Assembly (NCBI GenBank): GCA_010909165.1
Contig: VJWM01000193.1
Location: 351,058 to 415,057 of the forward strand
Reading direction: 5' to 3'
Length of the DNA: 64,000 nt
From: Anthoceros angustus
Taxonomy: Eukaryota > Plantae > Anthocerotophyta
The position numbers and the translations under genes are program-made. Positions 34,380-45,859 of the stretch are shown here, one piece after another (the first letter of the stretch is position 1; the number at the start of each line of letters is the position of its first letter). Under the pieces are notes generated by a model that had not been told where the DNA came from, did not search any database, and was given only the letters and a program-made list of their open reading frames with translations.

Positions 34380-37180
34380 CCAGCTCTATCTGGAATGTTC
34401 GGAATGTCTGGAGTTAACAACGTCGGAGACATGATGTCAGGAAGCTCCAGTTTCTCTTTCGTCAGCCCTTCAGTCTCGTCCACCAGGCTAGGCACTAGTA
34501 TTGTGCCTCCAGAAGGTTCATGACGTTCTTTCCTGACAGCATGTGGTTGGGGATGGAGGCTTTCCTCCGGACTAAACACTGCATGCTGCGATTTAGACCC
34601 GGCCCGCACAATGTCGACGGGCATGTATGCCCACAGGACTTCCCGCTCCACAGGTGACTCATGGACCTGGTCCTGCTCAGGCTGATGGACATTCTGCGGG
34701 TGGATCATCTTCACAACAACAACATCTGCAACAGCTGTAGCAGCCACAACATTACGGTGGGCGAGGACTCCCTGCTGCAGATTTAGGCCCCCACACAATG
34801 TCGACGGGCATGTATGCCCACAGGACTTCCCGCTCCACAGGTGACTCATGGACCTGGTCCTGCTCAGGCTGATGGACGTTCTGCGGGTGGATCATATTCT
34901 TCACAACAACAACATCTGCAACAGACGTAGCAGCCACAACATCACGGTGGGCGAGGCAACCATGTGCAGAATGGGGATCTGCACACTGCTCCAGCTCCGT
35001 CGCCCAGTGGTTCGTCTTGCCAGGCTGCCTCCTCAGGACGTCTTGGCAGGTGCCGTCTCCGCATCTGTACAATCTGAGACCAGCTGCCACAGGACTTCTT
35101 GCTCCCCAGGTGACTCATGGGCCAGTTCCCACTCAGGCTGACGTTCTCCGGGTGTATCTTCACAACAACAACAACAGCAACAGCAACAGTAACTGTAACA
35201 GCCACACCATTCCAGTGGCCCAGGCAACGATGTGCAGAATGGGGATCTGCCACACTGCTCCAGCCCCGACGCCCAGTATTCGTCTTGGCAGGCTGCCTCC
35301 TGAGGTGCAGGTACAGGTGCTGTCTCTGGATCTGCACACACACTGAGACCATCTGCAGCGAGCTACGGTAACATCGCCTTCAATAATCTTTAAACAAAGC
35401 ACCGGCCTCAGGGACTGTAATCCCCTCCCTCCTGCCTCCTGTGTGGCTACCGAGTGGGAGATGTGTGATTCGAAAACCCGACAGACGCATCCCGAGCAGC
35501 TATTCGAGATGCCCAGTCCACTCCCTGCACCGGCCACTTTTGGCTCTCCGCTTAGCCCAGCCTAGGTAGCGAGGATCCGGAGGAAACTTCAACTCCAACA
35601 CATCTGCTCACAGGTCTATCTTTTGTGAAGGCTAGCCATCGAGGATCAGGTACCACCCTTTACAACTTTACACAACTGTTCCTCCAGAATTTCATGTCAT
35701 CGAACGCTTCCAGATCAGACTGTGGGTCACACGCTGATTTTGGAAGCTGCCTCTGTAACAGGTCTACACGGTGCACCAGCCCGCACTGTCTGGTGTCGGC
35801 TGCCCACCCAAGGCCACATCCGACAGGAACCGCAAATGAAGCTTTCACAGACGGTTTTTGGGTCCAGAACGAAGAGAAAAAATGGTCTCCACTGCCTCTG
35901 GCACCTACGTACCATTGTCACGCAGGTGCACAGCGAGCTGGAATCCCTGTCCAAGTGGCAGGGCCGTGCATATCGACAGCCAGCAATTCTCTCGGCGAAG
36001 AAAGATACAGACGCTCTCTCCCTGCTGAAACCAGCGGGACTTGCACAGCAGCTTGGCTTGATGCAGGTGTTACACATGGGTGGCAGCGCTGAACCTGTTA
36101 ACCGTTTGTTGGCCAACTCCAAAGATTTGCTCAAAGCTGAAGTGACGTGTGAGAAGACGGCGGAGATGGGATGTGACGAATACCGGACTCCAAACTCTGG
36201 AGTCACTGGTTCCCAAGGCCCGGTGTAGAGTAAGTTTGAGAAACATGCTTGGTGCAGGCAAAGGACAAAACTTAACAAGGTGGACCCGGGGGACATCTGT
36301 GACCACTTTGTTAGATTGCTTGGATCTGGATTTCTTATATCCATTTGTTCTGACAAGCCACTGAATTTTGGAATTGATTGCCCAGTGCGACAGGTAAGGA
36401 ATAGTGGAAGACACACTGTGCGCATTGTGAAGGCATATGCAGCACCAGCTCTTGGACTATGAACGCTCTTCAGCGGATGTAAGCAGCGTCTGCAAAAGCT
36501 GAAAACATGTGCAGTGCCATGGCAAACTGTCAAACAACATAAGGAAGTCAACGTCCACATCTCCTTCACCACATCTGGAGTTGCCTTGGCAGGATAAAGG
36601 AGACCTGCCACTAGCCTAGAAGAAGCATCTGTTCGGTCTCGTTCAGTGAGGACCGGCAATTTGATCCACGATGCAAAACCGATGCTTCATAGCTTAGAAA
36701 TGGAACAGTGACGGTTTCAAGAATAAGGAATGCAAGGTTCCTCATATCGAAATCATACAAGTAGGTATGCAGTACGTAAGCTGTTCCAAAGCCACATTCG
36801 CATATAAGAAGGGAGGAGGAGGTTACTGGTTAAACTAAGCTTAAACAAGAGATGCAAAAGATTACAGATGCGCTTTGGAACACCACGATACAAGATGAAA
36901 CCAATAGCCACGCTCCTTTACCGTTTCTAAAGCAAAAGGAAAGACGCACTCTTGCAGGTCTTGAGAGAGGTATCCAGGAGTCCTCTCATGAAGAAAAAAA
37001 TTTGAGAAACCTGGTCATCATGTTTGTTGATCAAGGAAGCTTGCAAGCATCGATCCAAGAACGTAAACAAGGAGAGCATCAAAAGGAGGTAGAAAGTGTT
37101 TTGCTTGGGGCCGATAACGTGTTCCTTTTACCTTGTAGCAAGGACGCTTATTGGAGGATGGGAGATGGAACAAATCCATG
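34380..37180 (+). pseudogene. Decayed long gene with Gln/Gly/Pro-rich internal repeats; identity unresolved (possible QLQ-like segment near 35550-35660)
   Basis: Repeats of ~185-bp and longer units at 34590-35360 encode PTGLPAPQVTHGPGPAQADG..SSQQQHLQQx*QPQH. One frame runs 35347-36710 with only six stops, and several stops sit where CAG/CAA/CGA is expected. Confidence 0.45.
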
Positions 37181-40117
37181 ATAACTGGAAGATGCTTTGC
37201 AAGTGTATTCCTCAATGTACGGTGGAGATGATTTTAACCGCACACTCGTAAGGTTGATCCGCGCGAGCATCGAGATGGTAGCTTCTAGGTTGTACTTCAG
37301 GAACTCCTGACGGCCAATCCTTTAATGAATTGCTAAAATAGAAAAGTACATACCTCGGAACGTCGGAAGTGCAGGCCGCGGCCGCACCTGGTGGAGGCCG
37401 CCATGACGTAAGCTCTCCACAGTCCAGTCCCGAACTCCAGGGATTTGGTATCGAGTTGGCCTTGAACCGTGGGCTCTGCAATTAAATGTTAAATGCGTCC
37501 ATTAGGGTGGTCGTTCTTTGAAACAGCTGATGCCTAACGTCACGAAGCCACGAAGTCGGAGTTGCTCTAGGGGCAAACTTCAGAGCTGCGACCACGCGAG
37601 TGGACATCCATCCTAACATCGTGCGGACAGGGGAGCCCGACGTGGGAAGCTCGTGCGGCCATGTCTGTCGGAAATGGATATGTTCACAGAATACCAAGGC
37701 TGCGCCGCGAAGTGCATGGCGATCGACTTCTCTTGTGGCGATCATCCTGTTGCTGGTTGCTGATGAAGTGCCATCGCAAAGCGGCCGTCCACCAGTTCCT
37801 GGGAAGCCAACGGCCTCGACTGGAAGAGTTCCGATCTGTGCTCGGCGCCGGCTGCAGAGGAAACCACACCATTTTGCGATGTGGAGCTTCTGGCCACCGG
37901 GAGTTGACACAATGGACAAGACAGCGCTTCTAGCACGCGTGTGTGACTGCCCGACGTCCACCTGCTGGAAGGCGCGGCCGGGCCGTGAGCTTGTTCTCGC
38001 GATGTGATTGAGTAACGTCTTGTGATGCACCCTGGACAGTTAAGGCAGACGAGGTTCCACTGCTGGCCAGCGATATGGGATTGATCAGCACAGCAGCCTG
38101 ATTTTCTTATCAGGCTGCTGCGCAGTAGCCACGACTACTTTCGGACGGTTACGAGGGATGTTGCTCACAAGTGCGGGTCGGTAGCTGGCAACACTGGAAA
38201 CTGTCTGCGAGGGTGCTCGGTTTGGATACCTACCCGTTAGCGCGCGCTGGAACTGAACTGCAGTCTAAATTGCTGCACCTGCATCGGAGGACCATCCATT
38301 GTAACCTGCGAAGACGCTGTCGGCTCACTCTGCAGGGGTACCTGATTAAGCTTCCTTAGGTACAGCGCATGGCAGGTCGCTTTCATTGTCCATGACACTC
38401 GTAGCCGAGGACTGAGAACTGTAAACGCGTCGAGTTGATCGAGTCTGGAACAGACTTTAAGCTCACCCTGGCTTCATGGCGCAAATTCAAGCTTGAAGGA
38501 CATACGCATGTGGATGCAAGATACTGGAAAAGGACGGCAGCTGCTCAGGCGCGGCAGTGGACGATTAGCTGGTTCGAAACAACCATGGCCAGAGTTTAGC
38601 CACCGGCACAGCGTTCAGATATTAGAGGCTCCTGTACAGTTCGAGAGGTATGTATGTTGTCATGTTAGTGGTTGGATTATAAACGTTTTCCCTGCTTTGC
38701 TTGGATCATTATCTTCGACCTGCAAACCATGAACAGAGGTTGCAGGGGCCAGGGCTCAGTTGCTAAGCTGCAGCATGAGCAGCACAACCAACTCATGATC
38801 ACTACTGGCATGGAGGTGTATTGAAACTTTCTCCAGATCAATTCGCTTCCCGATGTAGAATTCAAGCAACAGATTCATGATGCAGAGGCCGGACATGCTG
38901 AACTGAACATACAGAGTCGGCCCTGGTATGGCCGGTTCTGTGGTTGTGGAGCCTAGCTTCTACATACTGCAAGGTATGTAATAACCCGTACAGAAGGATC
39001 GATGTTCCAGTTGGGGAAATTGGTCAGCTGGAGGGGTGTCTTCTGTAAGCGAATCTGCTCACGAGTAGGCTAGCTTGAATTGTCTTTGAGTGAAAGTAGG
39101 GACTGATCAAAATGAACGTACCAGTTGGAAGTCCTACTGCAGTGCTAGGGCACATTACATGTGTTATGAGAAGGTGAAAAGGTGTCACAGGTGGAACCAG
39201 CCTGATGAATGCTCGTGTGCGTATCTACGTACATGTATTCACTGGAGTCATCAGGGGTGATCGTACTCCTTAGATGAGCTGGCAGATGGGACTTCACGCC
39301 TCTTTCAAGTCTTCTTAGATCCTTATCATTGACTTAGAGTCACTTGTGGTCAGCTGACATTTGAAACCTTGCAGCTGAAATAGCATCAATCGACGATGGG
39401 CCATTTCCGAACAGCACGTGACAGTAGGCAACTGCAGTTTGATACGTACTGTACTATGTGTGCTCGTCATTTGCGAAAGGCAAGCTTGTTGAGGAGAAAC
39501 GACGCTTGAGAGACGTTCTTGTGGGTGAGCTGTTTTGATACTTGCAGGGGGCTGTCACTGAAAGTATAAATCTTAATGCACTAAATGGCAGGTGATTGCA
39601 TTAACAGATTTGTTCTCGCGTCTATGAGTTGCGAACATTCGTTCGGCCGGTTGCTGAGATTGTGGTCAGGATTGGTGCATGCATGTGTAGAGGCTGAGGA
39701 TGCGAATTCTGTTCAAGGACTGACAGGTGTTTGCAGTTAACGGCCGCCGACAGCGAACAGGTCTTTATTGTGGTATGATCGTTTGCGAGAGGGAAAAGTC
39801 ATCTGCGCTGTCAGAAGTCATTTTCTGGCAGTTGTGTCCGAAATTATGGGAGTGTGCATTGCGCTTGTGGTCAGAGCATTGGTCCAGCACTTTCGGTGTC
39901 AATTTTTTTCCAGTCATTTTCCAGAAAAACTGGCGACACATTTATTCGATTTGACAGAAAGTGTGCTGCAAATGGTCTATAAGTAGTTTCTAATTTCTCC
40001 ACTTCCTTCCCGTTTTCTAATGGAAGACCACGCGTGCAGCAATCCTCATGCGATGACCTCGTCGCTGTCGTGACCAATTGATGCCTCTTATCTGCAAGCT
40101 GTAGGCCGGCGGTCATA

Positions 40118-40222
40118 CTGATGGCACTTATCAAACTTTAATTTAAAGGCTGGCATAGTCAATTTATACATTGCCATTGCCAGCCTTCAAATTAAAGTTG
40201 GATCAGAGACACCTTTCACCAG
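40118..40222 (-). ncRNA. Candidate pre-miRNA hairpin
   Basis: 22-bp core stem AACUUUAAUUUGAAGGCUGGCA / UGCCAGCCUUUAAAUUAAAGUU (one G:U on the - strand), short upper stem with a 6-nt loop and an imperfect lower stem; no match to the conserved miRNA families I recall. Confidence 0.5.
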
Positions 40223-41263
40223 GGCGCAGCCATCCAGGGCGTCAACAATCCCATAGCGGGCCACTTTCACATGAAAAACCTCTCCGAAGGCCGACTGTAA
40301 GGCACGACCATCTGGACTCAACCACCTCATATGCAGTAAGCAACCAAAACGTGAACGCCAAAAGACAGCGAATCTGTTCACAAGGTTCGAAAACCACGAA
40401 CAACGTCCACAACAGCTAACTAGGCAACTTGATTTGACAGCCACAAAAGTGGTGTCACTCGTCCAATGCATTTACCAAAGGATACAAGACAACAGCCATG
40501 GAACGAAACGGTGGAGAACTGAAACCTTTTGTCATGACACGTCCACACGCTGAAAAACGGCCTCCAGCCGTGCTCGGCAGGGTTATAGCATTGGCGTCAA
40601 CCGAGGACCTGCAAGTTGTAAGACATATTTCCACACGCAGAAAAACGGCCTCCTGCCGTGCCCCGGATGATACAGCATGTAAAGAGAAAACGGTCGAGCA
40701 CGTACCAGGACAATACGCCTTCCACAGTCAAAGAATCAGCACATCTTCCACCGCAACAGAATCACACAGCGCCGTGACTGAAGGCCCGACGTACCGGGCA
40801 CCGACGACCGCGTACGGTCGGCGGAAAGGCTGCAAGTTCCGACGTAACCAAGCAAGATCTCGGACCCCACCTCAAAGTGTTGGATGTCCACAAGACTGGA
40901 CCCTCAAGTCCTGAGAAGACTCCTCCCGAGTGCGCAGCAGAGCTTCCCCAACCGCATCGAGATCGCCAACCGAGAGGCCTTCGCGGTGACCGCAAACGCC
41001 CCTACCGGTACCGAAAACGACTCATCTGCAACGTTAACCCCGCCTCCACACAGCGCTCGCAGAAGTGAGACCCGCAAGGCGAGCGCGTTCACACGACGTG
41101 CGGAGCTTTCGGAGACGCGTCTTGCAGCCAGATGCTAACCAGACACGCATTGAGGAGGCCAGAGGAAAGGTCCTTGCCAGGCCGAATGGCGAGACGACGT
41201 CGGAACACAATCGAGACGCGGTGAAAGGTTGTAGGTCTGTGAGGTCCGGAGCGAATGCAGCGG

Positions 41264-41880
41264 CTTTATATAGGTACCAACGGGCTCGGTCCAGCCTGCG
41301 CCTGCGCCTGCACGCCTGCACTTGGGTCTTCCTCAAAGGCTGGCGCACCGACACCAACCCCCGCTAAGCAACCCTAACTCAGGTAATGAGGGATCATCTG
41401 GGCCAATAGAAGGGCAGCCCGCAAATGATTGACGCTCTGGCACATCGGGCCCCCTGGGGCCCCCCGGAGCTCAGCTCTCCGGAGAGACCAGGTGGAGCGC
41501 ACCGGATGACGAGAGGTAATAGGTGGTAGACGGTAGACGCGGTTTATTAGGTTTAGGGCTAGTGGACCCCGCCTGGACCCACCGTCACGTGGTCGCGCGG
41601 CGCGTGGGCCCAACTTCCCCCGCTTTGGTGCTCTTTTGCCTTAACTGCACTTTGCCGCATTAGGGTTCGCGGGCTGACAGCCACGTACGAGCAGGGCACG
41701 CGCATCCCACTGCCCATCACGCCGCATCATATCATCAACATGCCGGCCGGTCAGAAAAGGTTTGAAGCGATTCGCGCCCAATCGCCGCCCAGATCCCCAA
41801 CGCACGATCCGCCCCGATTGGACGCCGGAGCGTAACTGCGTCAGGAAACTGGATACATTACTCTCCAGGCTCCCACGTGG
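41264..41880 (-). promoter_or_regulatory. Pol II promoter: TATA box CTATATAAAG (41264-41273, - strand) with upstream G-boxes CACGTG (41586-41591, 41874-41879) in a CpG-rich island
   Basis: Consensus TATA followed about 30 nt later by a pyrimidine/CA-rich leader; no credible protein ORF downstream. Confidence 0.55.
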
Positions 41881-43293
41881 CGCGCTCATCCGCGTCCTCG
41901 ACCCGTCCACATCATGGCCAGTTTAGGGACGGTACTTGTGAACTTGCGATGATGACCCCGCCTGGGTACTGTAGCACGCCTGCCTCGTTTCCCGCCTCCC
42001 CGTGACGATGCTTCTTGCAAATTTGTGAGTGGTCGTGACGCCGCGACATTACGGTCCCCACTCCCCGTTCCCGTTCCGTTACGGTGCTTCTGGCGACAGC
42101 TCTGCTCCAGCCTGCAAGGCATCCAACGAAGGTCAGTTCACGAGGCGAGGACGGATGCGCCCTGTCCGTGTACGTTATTGCAGGGTGGAGTCTTGGAAGA
42201 AGGAATGGAGAGGAAGGCATCCCAGTCTTTCAGTAGGTAACATCTCCGATCGCGATTCCTCGCCATCGCCACTTTGGCACAGGGTACCTAATGTGGCGAG
42301 AGACAGCGCAATGGACAGGTTAGAAAACAATGACGCGCCGATTGGTTGGTCCTGACCTGTTCAGTCCACACCGCAACAGAATCTTCCCCACAGATGTGTC
42401 GCAGGTTTAGGTCGGTGGGAAACGATTACCACCTCACAGGCTCCCGGCGTGTGCAGACCTTTGCCGACCACACTCCACCGACCAGTGGCAGTGGAGGATT
42501 GTATGACGTAAGGAGCGGCCTTCCGGCCATTGCATGTTGCCAGCTGATGCTCTGAGACTCGCAGGCTTGACTGCATCTTATCTCTGGTAGCTTGTCAACA
42601 GTGGAGATCCAAGACTTCCTAAAACGATGAAAAGTACATCTGCCTGCCTTCGCAAGTGTGTAGCGCTAGCTCTCAGAGCCTCAGACGGACCCAGAAGGTG
42701 CACCAGAAGTTGCACCGCCATTTCCAGCCACAAAAACAACGCGAAAAGCAGCTGAAAAGGCACCTCGGTACCAGGATACCACGTGAAGGATGCACCTGAA
42801 TACTTCCATTCAGCCTTGCTTCGCCCTATCAGTCAGCTGCAGAGCCAGATTTCCATCCCAGATGACGTCTTGTGACGCCTGAGGTCACTTCGTGGATACA
42901 CATCTTTACCACTCGGCTAAGCGTTTCCGGGATGCGGTTGGGAGCATGCTCACGACTCCTGCAGAGAAGAAGTACTCTTTAGGCTACAAAATCAGCGCAT
43001 CTTTGGCGTGCATCTGCCAAGGACTTTGGCCGCACTTGCCATGGATGCGTCCAAGCCCTCACTCAGTCGCTCGCAGTAGCTGCTGCCCCATGTCTCTCAT
43101 ACTGGCCCTAGTTACAGCTCGAACCTCCACATCCGTGACCAGCCGCCACGCTGCTGAGAGACAAGATAGGCGCGACCAGGGCTCCATCGCCACTCCTACC
43201 GTGCGAGCAGACGGGATGAACGGATGGTCGTTGGTAGACTTCGTTTTTCGTGATTTTGATGTGTGGTCCGCACCCAATCCCGAGCAGCCAAGG

Positions 43294-43511
43294 AGAAGAA
43301 GAAGAAGAAGAACAACAACAAAAGTATATTATCGTCCACTTGGACGAAATTTTAGTGAGGAGATTGCGTCGTGGCACTTGGTACTTACCATTTGTACCAC
43401 GGTGTGCCTAACACAAAGGGCATCCACTCTCTTTAGGCACCCCCATTTAAGTACCCATCTAAGCACAAGATGCTTGATCGGGCGTTCTTATAAATGTGTA
43501 TTCATTTGGAC
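43294..43511 (-). mobile_element. Short retroposon 3' end, diverged copy B, with (TTG)n(TTC)n tail
   Basis: Reverse complement aligns to 44711-45024 and 4518-4695. Confidence 0.7.
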
Positions 43512-44710
43512 AACTCTATCTATATTTTCGTATATCTCTTTCTTCCATTCTATGAATATAATTTTACCAAACTTATTACTAATTATTATTTTTACCATTT
43601 TTAATTAATTATAATTATTTTTAATATAAATCTATAAATTCCTTCTTTAGAACTAATTTAGTGTTGGCTCTAGATTAAAACCTCTCCTAAGCAGTTCTAT
43701 TGGGGCACTTGCTATACTCAATTGATCACACTTCATATGTGAGACCTTAGAAAGTAGTACTTGCTTTCAATACCTCGGCACTCTTCCTATGTGTGGTACT
43801 TGTTTTCGATACCCTTCATAAGTGAGATCTAAGGATGTGGTATTTGCTTTTAGCGTAGTTCAGTACCTCAGCAGCTTGTACAAATCATTGAATGATTCAA
43901 TATTTGGACTTAAATAAAATTCTTCTTCTTCTTCTTCTCAGTAGCTCATACACATCACATAAACTAGCATACACATCAAAGAAATCGGTATGGTGCCTTA
44001 CCATATTCGCAATTCATATATGACTTTTGAAATAAACAAATCAAGTCACAAATGGACTCTAAGCTTTATAGTCACAATCTCAATGGATTACCTACCATTG
44101 TAACCTTCATTTTGACCAAATAACTAGCTAAATAAGAGTATTTATATTTGTGATTATGTTCTCTAAACAAAATAAGTTAAACTTGATCTATACTACCAAT
44201 TACTTTTTGGTCCAAATCCGTAATTCGAGGTCTCATAAACTACTACCTACTATCCTTGTAGGACAAAAAAAACTCCCAAGAATGGCATATAGACCATTCA
44301 ATATCAAAACTCCACAATAAGTGTCCCGTAGTTGGGTCAATACTGAAATGGGGTCTCATCCTTTGACCTCGAACTAGTATGGAAATTGCCTAGTGCTAGC
44401 CTCCTTTGTGTGAGGTCTTTAGCGTAAAATTACTTGCTGATAAAAAGTAAAGTAAAAACATGATGCAAGAAATCATTTAGATTTTCAAATTTTGATTGTC
44501 TCTTACCTCCTACACATTCACAAAGATTTTTATCTCTTCTGTTTAATGGATTCGGATTAAATAGTTTTTTAATTTTACCTAAATACATAAACAATTCGCA
44601 GAGTATAATGCCTAATTTTGAGAAAATCCTCCATGTTATGAGCATGGCAACCACTTTATTGAGAGAGAGGAGCGATGCGGTGAGCTCAATGTGTGTCCAA
44701 ATAGCTTAGG

Positions 44711-45024
44711 CCAAATGGACACACATTTATAAGAACGCCGTGATTAAGCATCCTGAGCCTAGATCGGTACTTAGATGGGGTGCTTAAAGGGAGTGGATGT
44801 CGGTACTTAGATGGGGTGCCTAAAGGGAGTGGATGCCTTGGTGCAAGTAGCTGATGGGGTGCTTAAAGGGAGTGGATGTCGGTACTTAGATGGGGTGCCT
44901 AAAGGGAGTGGATGCCTTGGTGCAAGTAGCTTAGGCACACCATGGTACAAGTTGTTAAGTACCAAGTCCCATGACGGAAATCCGTCCTTACTGGACTTAA
45001 ATAAAATTCTTCTTCTTCTTCTTC
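44711..45024 (+). mobile_element. Short retroposon 3' end, copy C, with internal tandem duplications
   Basis: Same sequence as copy A, but the GATGGGGTGC(C/T)TAAAGGGAGTGGATG unit occurs four times; (TTC)n tail. A tail-only remnant is at 43906-43938. Confidence 0.75.
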
Positions 45025-45249
45025 ATCTACTTCAGGACATCATAGAGAGTACGCGCACAGATGAACACGTTTCTCTATTTTTTTTGATAAAATATACGTA
45101 TACAAGTAAATTATTTTCAATATCTAATTGAATAAAATTAAATTTGGTTTGCTAAATATCTTGCTTGAAAAAACTTATATCATTTTATCATAGTTTTTGT
45201 ATTCCAACATATGCACATATTCGTTATCCCCACGTAAAATGAAAACGAG

Positions 45250-45590
45250 GAGACTTTATTATAAAAAAGAGATGGGAAATTCCATCCACCCCGAGAAAAA
45301 AAGGGGGAACAACCTAACGAAGGGCACCATGCCAAGGGGGACTGAACCCTGCAATCGCTCATCTCGAAACTACCTACCACCCGAACAATTTCATGGTTAG
45401 GGATGTGAAAAGAACTCCTTACCATAGGGGCCGAAGAAGCCGCATCCCCAGTGCTCGCCGTCGTCCTGTACACCGCGTTGGCCAACGCCCTATGTAGGGC
45501 AATGGATACCCACTGCCTAAAAAAAGCTGCAATATAAGAAAGGGGTACCCCCATTCTTGCGGCTGTGATAAGCCTTGGCACAGGTCTTGA
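45250..45590 (-). mobile_element. 3' end of a CRE-like (restriction-like endonuclease) non-LTR retrotransposon
   Basis: AAFFRQWVSIALHRALANAV resembles the C-terminal QRxSIALQRGNA motif of CRE/MoTeR-type ORFs, followed by a short 3' region with AATAAA. Confidence 0.55.
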
Positions 45591-45859
45591 CAAAATATAC
45601 AATTTGCTTTCACACTTTAGAATAGTCTAAACTACCCAAGTTTAACAATTTGTCAAAACATCTAATTTTATTTAACACTTCAAAAAACTCTAAATCACTG
45701 AAAATCTGCAAAAACAAGCTTCATGCTTTAAACAACTCCAAATCACTTGAGTCTAACAAACTGCCCAAATAACCTACTTGCCTTAACACTTTACAACACC
45801 CCAACCTACCTGCGTTAAAGAACACGAAGAGATGAGTTAGCGAATACTGGAGAGATGAC

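Noticed and set aside
34730-35200. U-to-C RNA editing rescuing the TAG/TAA stops
   Set aside because: Such editing is known for organellar transcripts, and this region also has frameshifts.
34180-36659. Minus-strand ORFs (310 aa, 162 aa, and a possible last exon ending KIIAFAEDEF*) as a gene
   Set aside because: No recognisable domain; poly-Val/Cys runs are the antisense of poly-Gln; the + frame explains the stop pattern better. Not fully excluded.
39200-39612. Further hairpins or C/D snoRNA (CCTGATGA...TCATCAGG; AAATCTTAATGCA...TGCATTAACAGATTT)
   Set aside because: Stems of only 8-13 bp, and no proper C/D box pair with a guide sequence.
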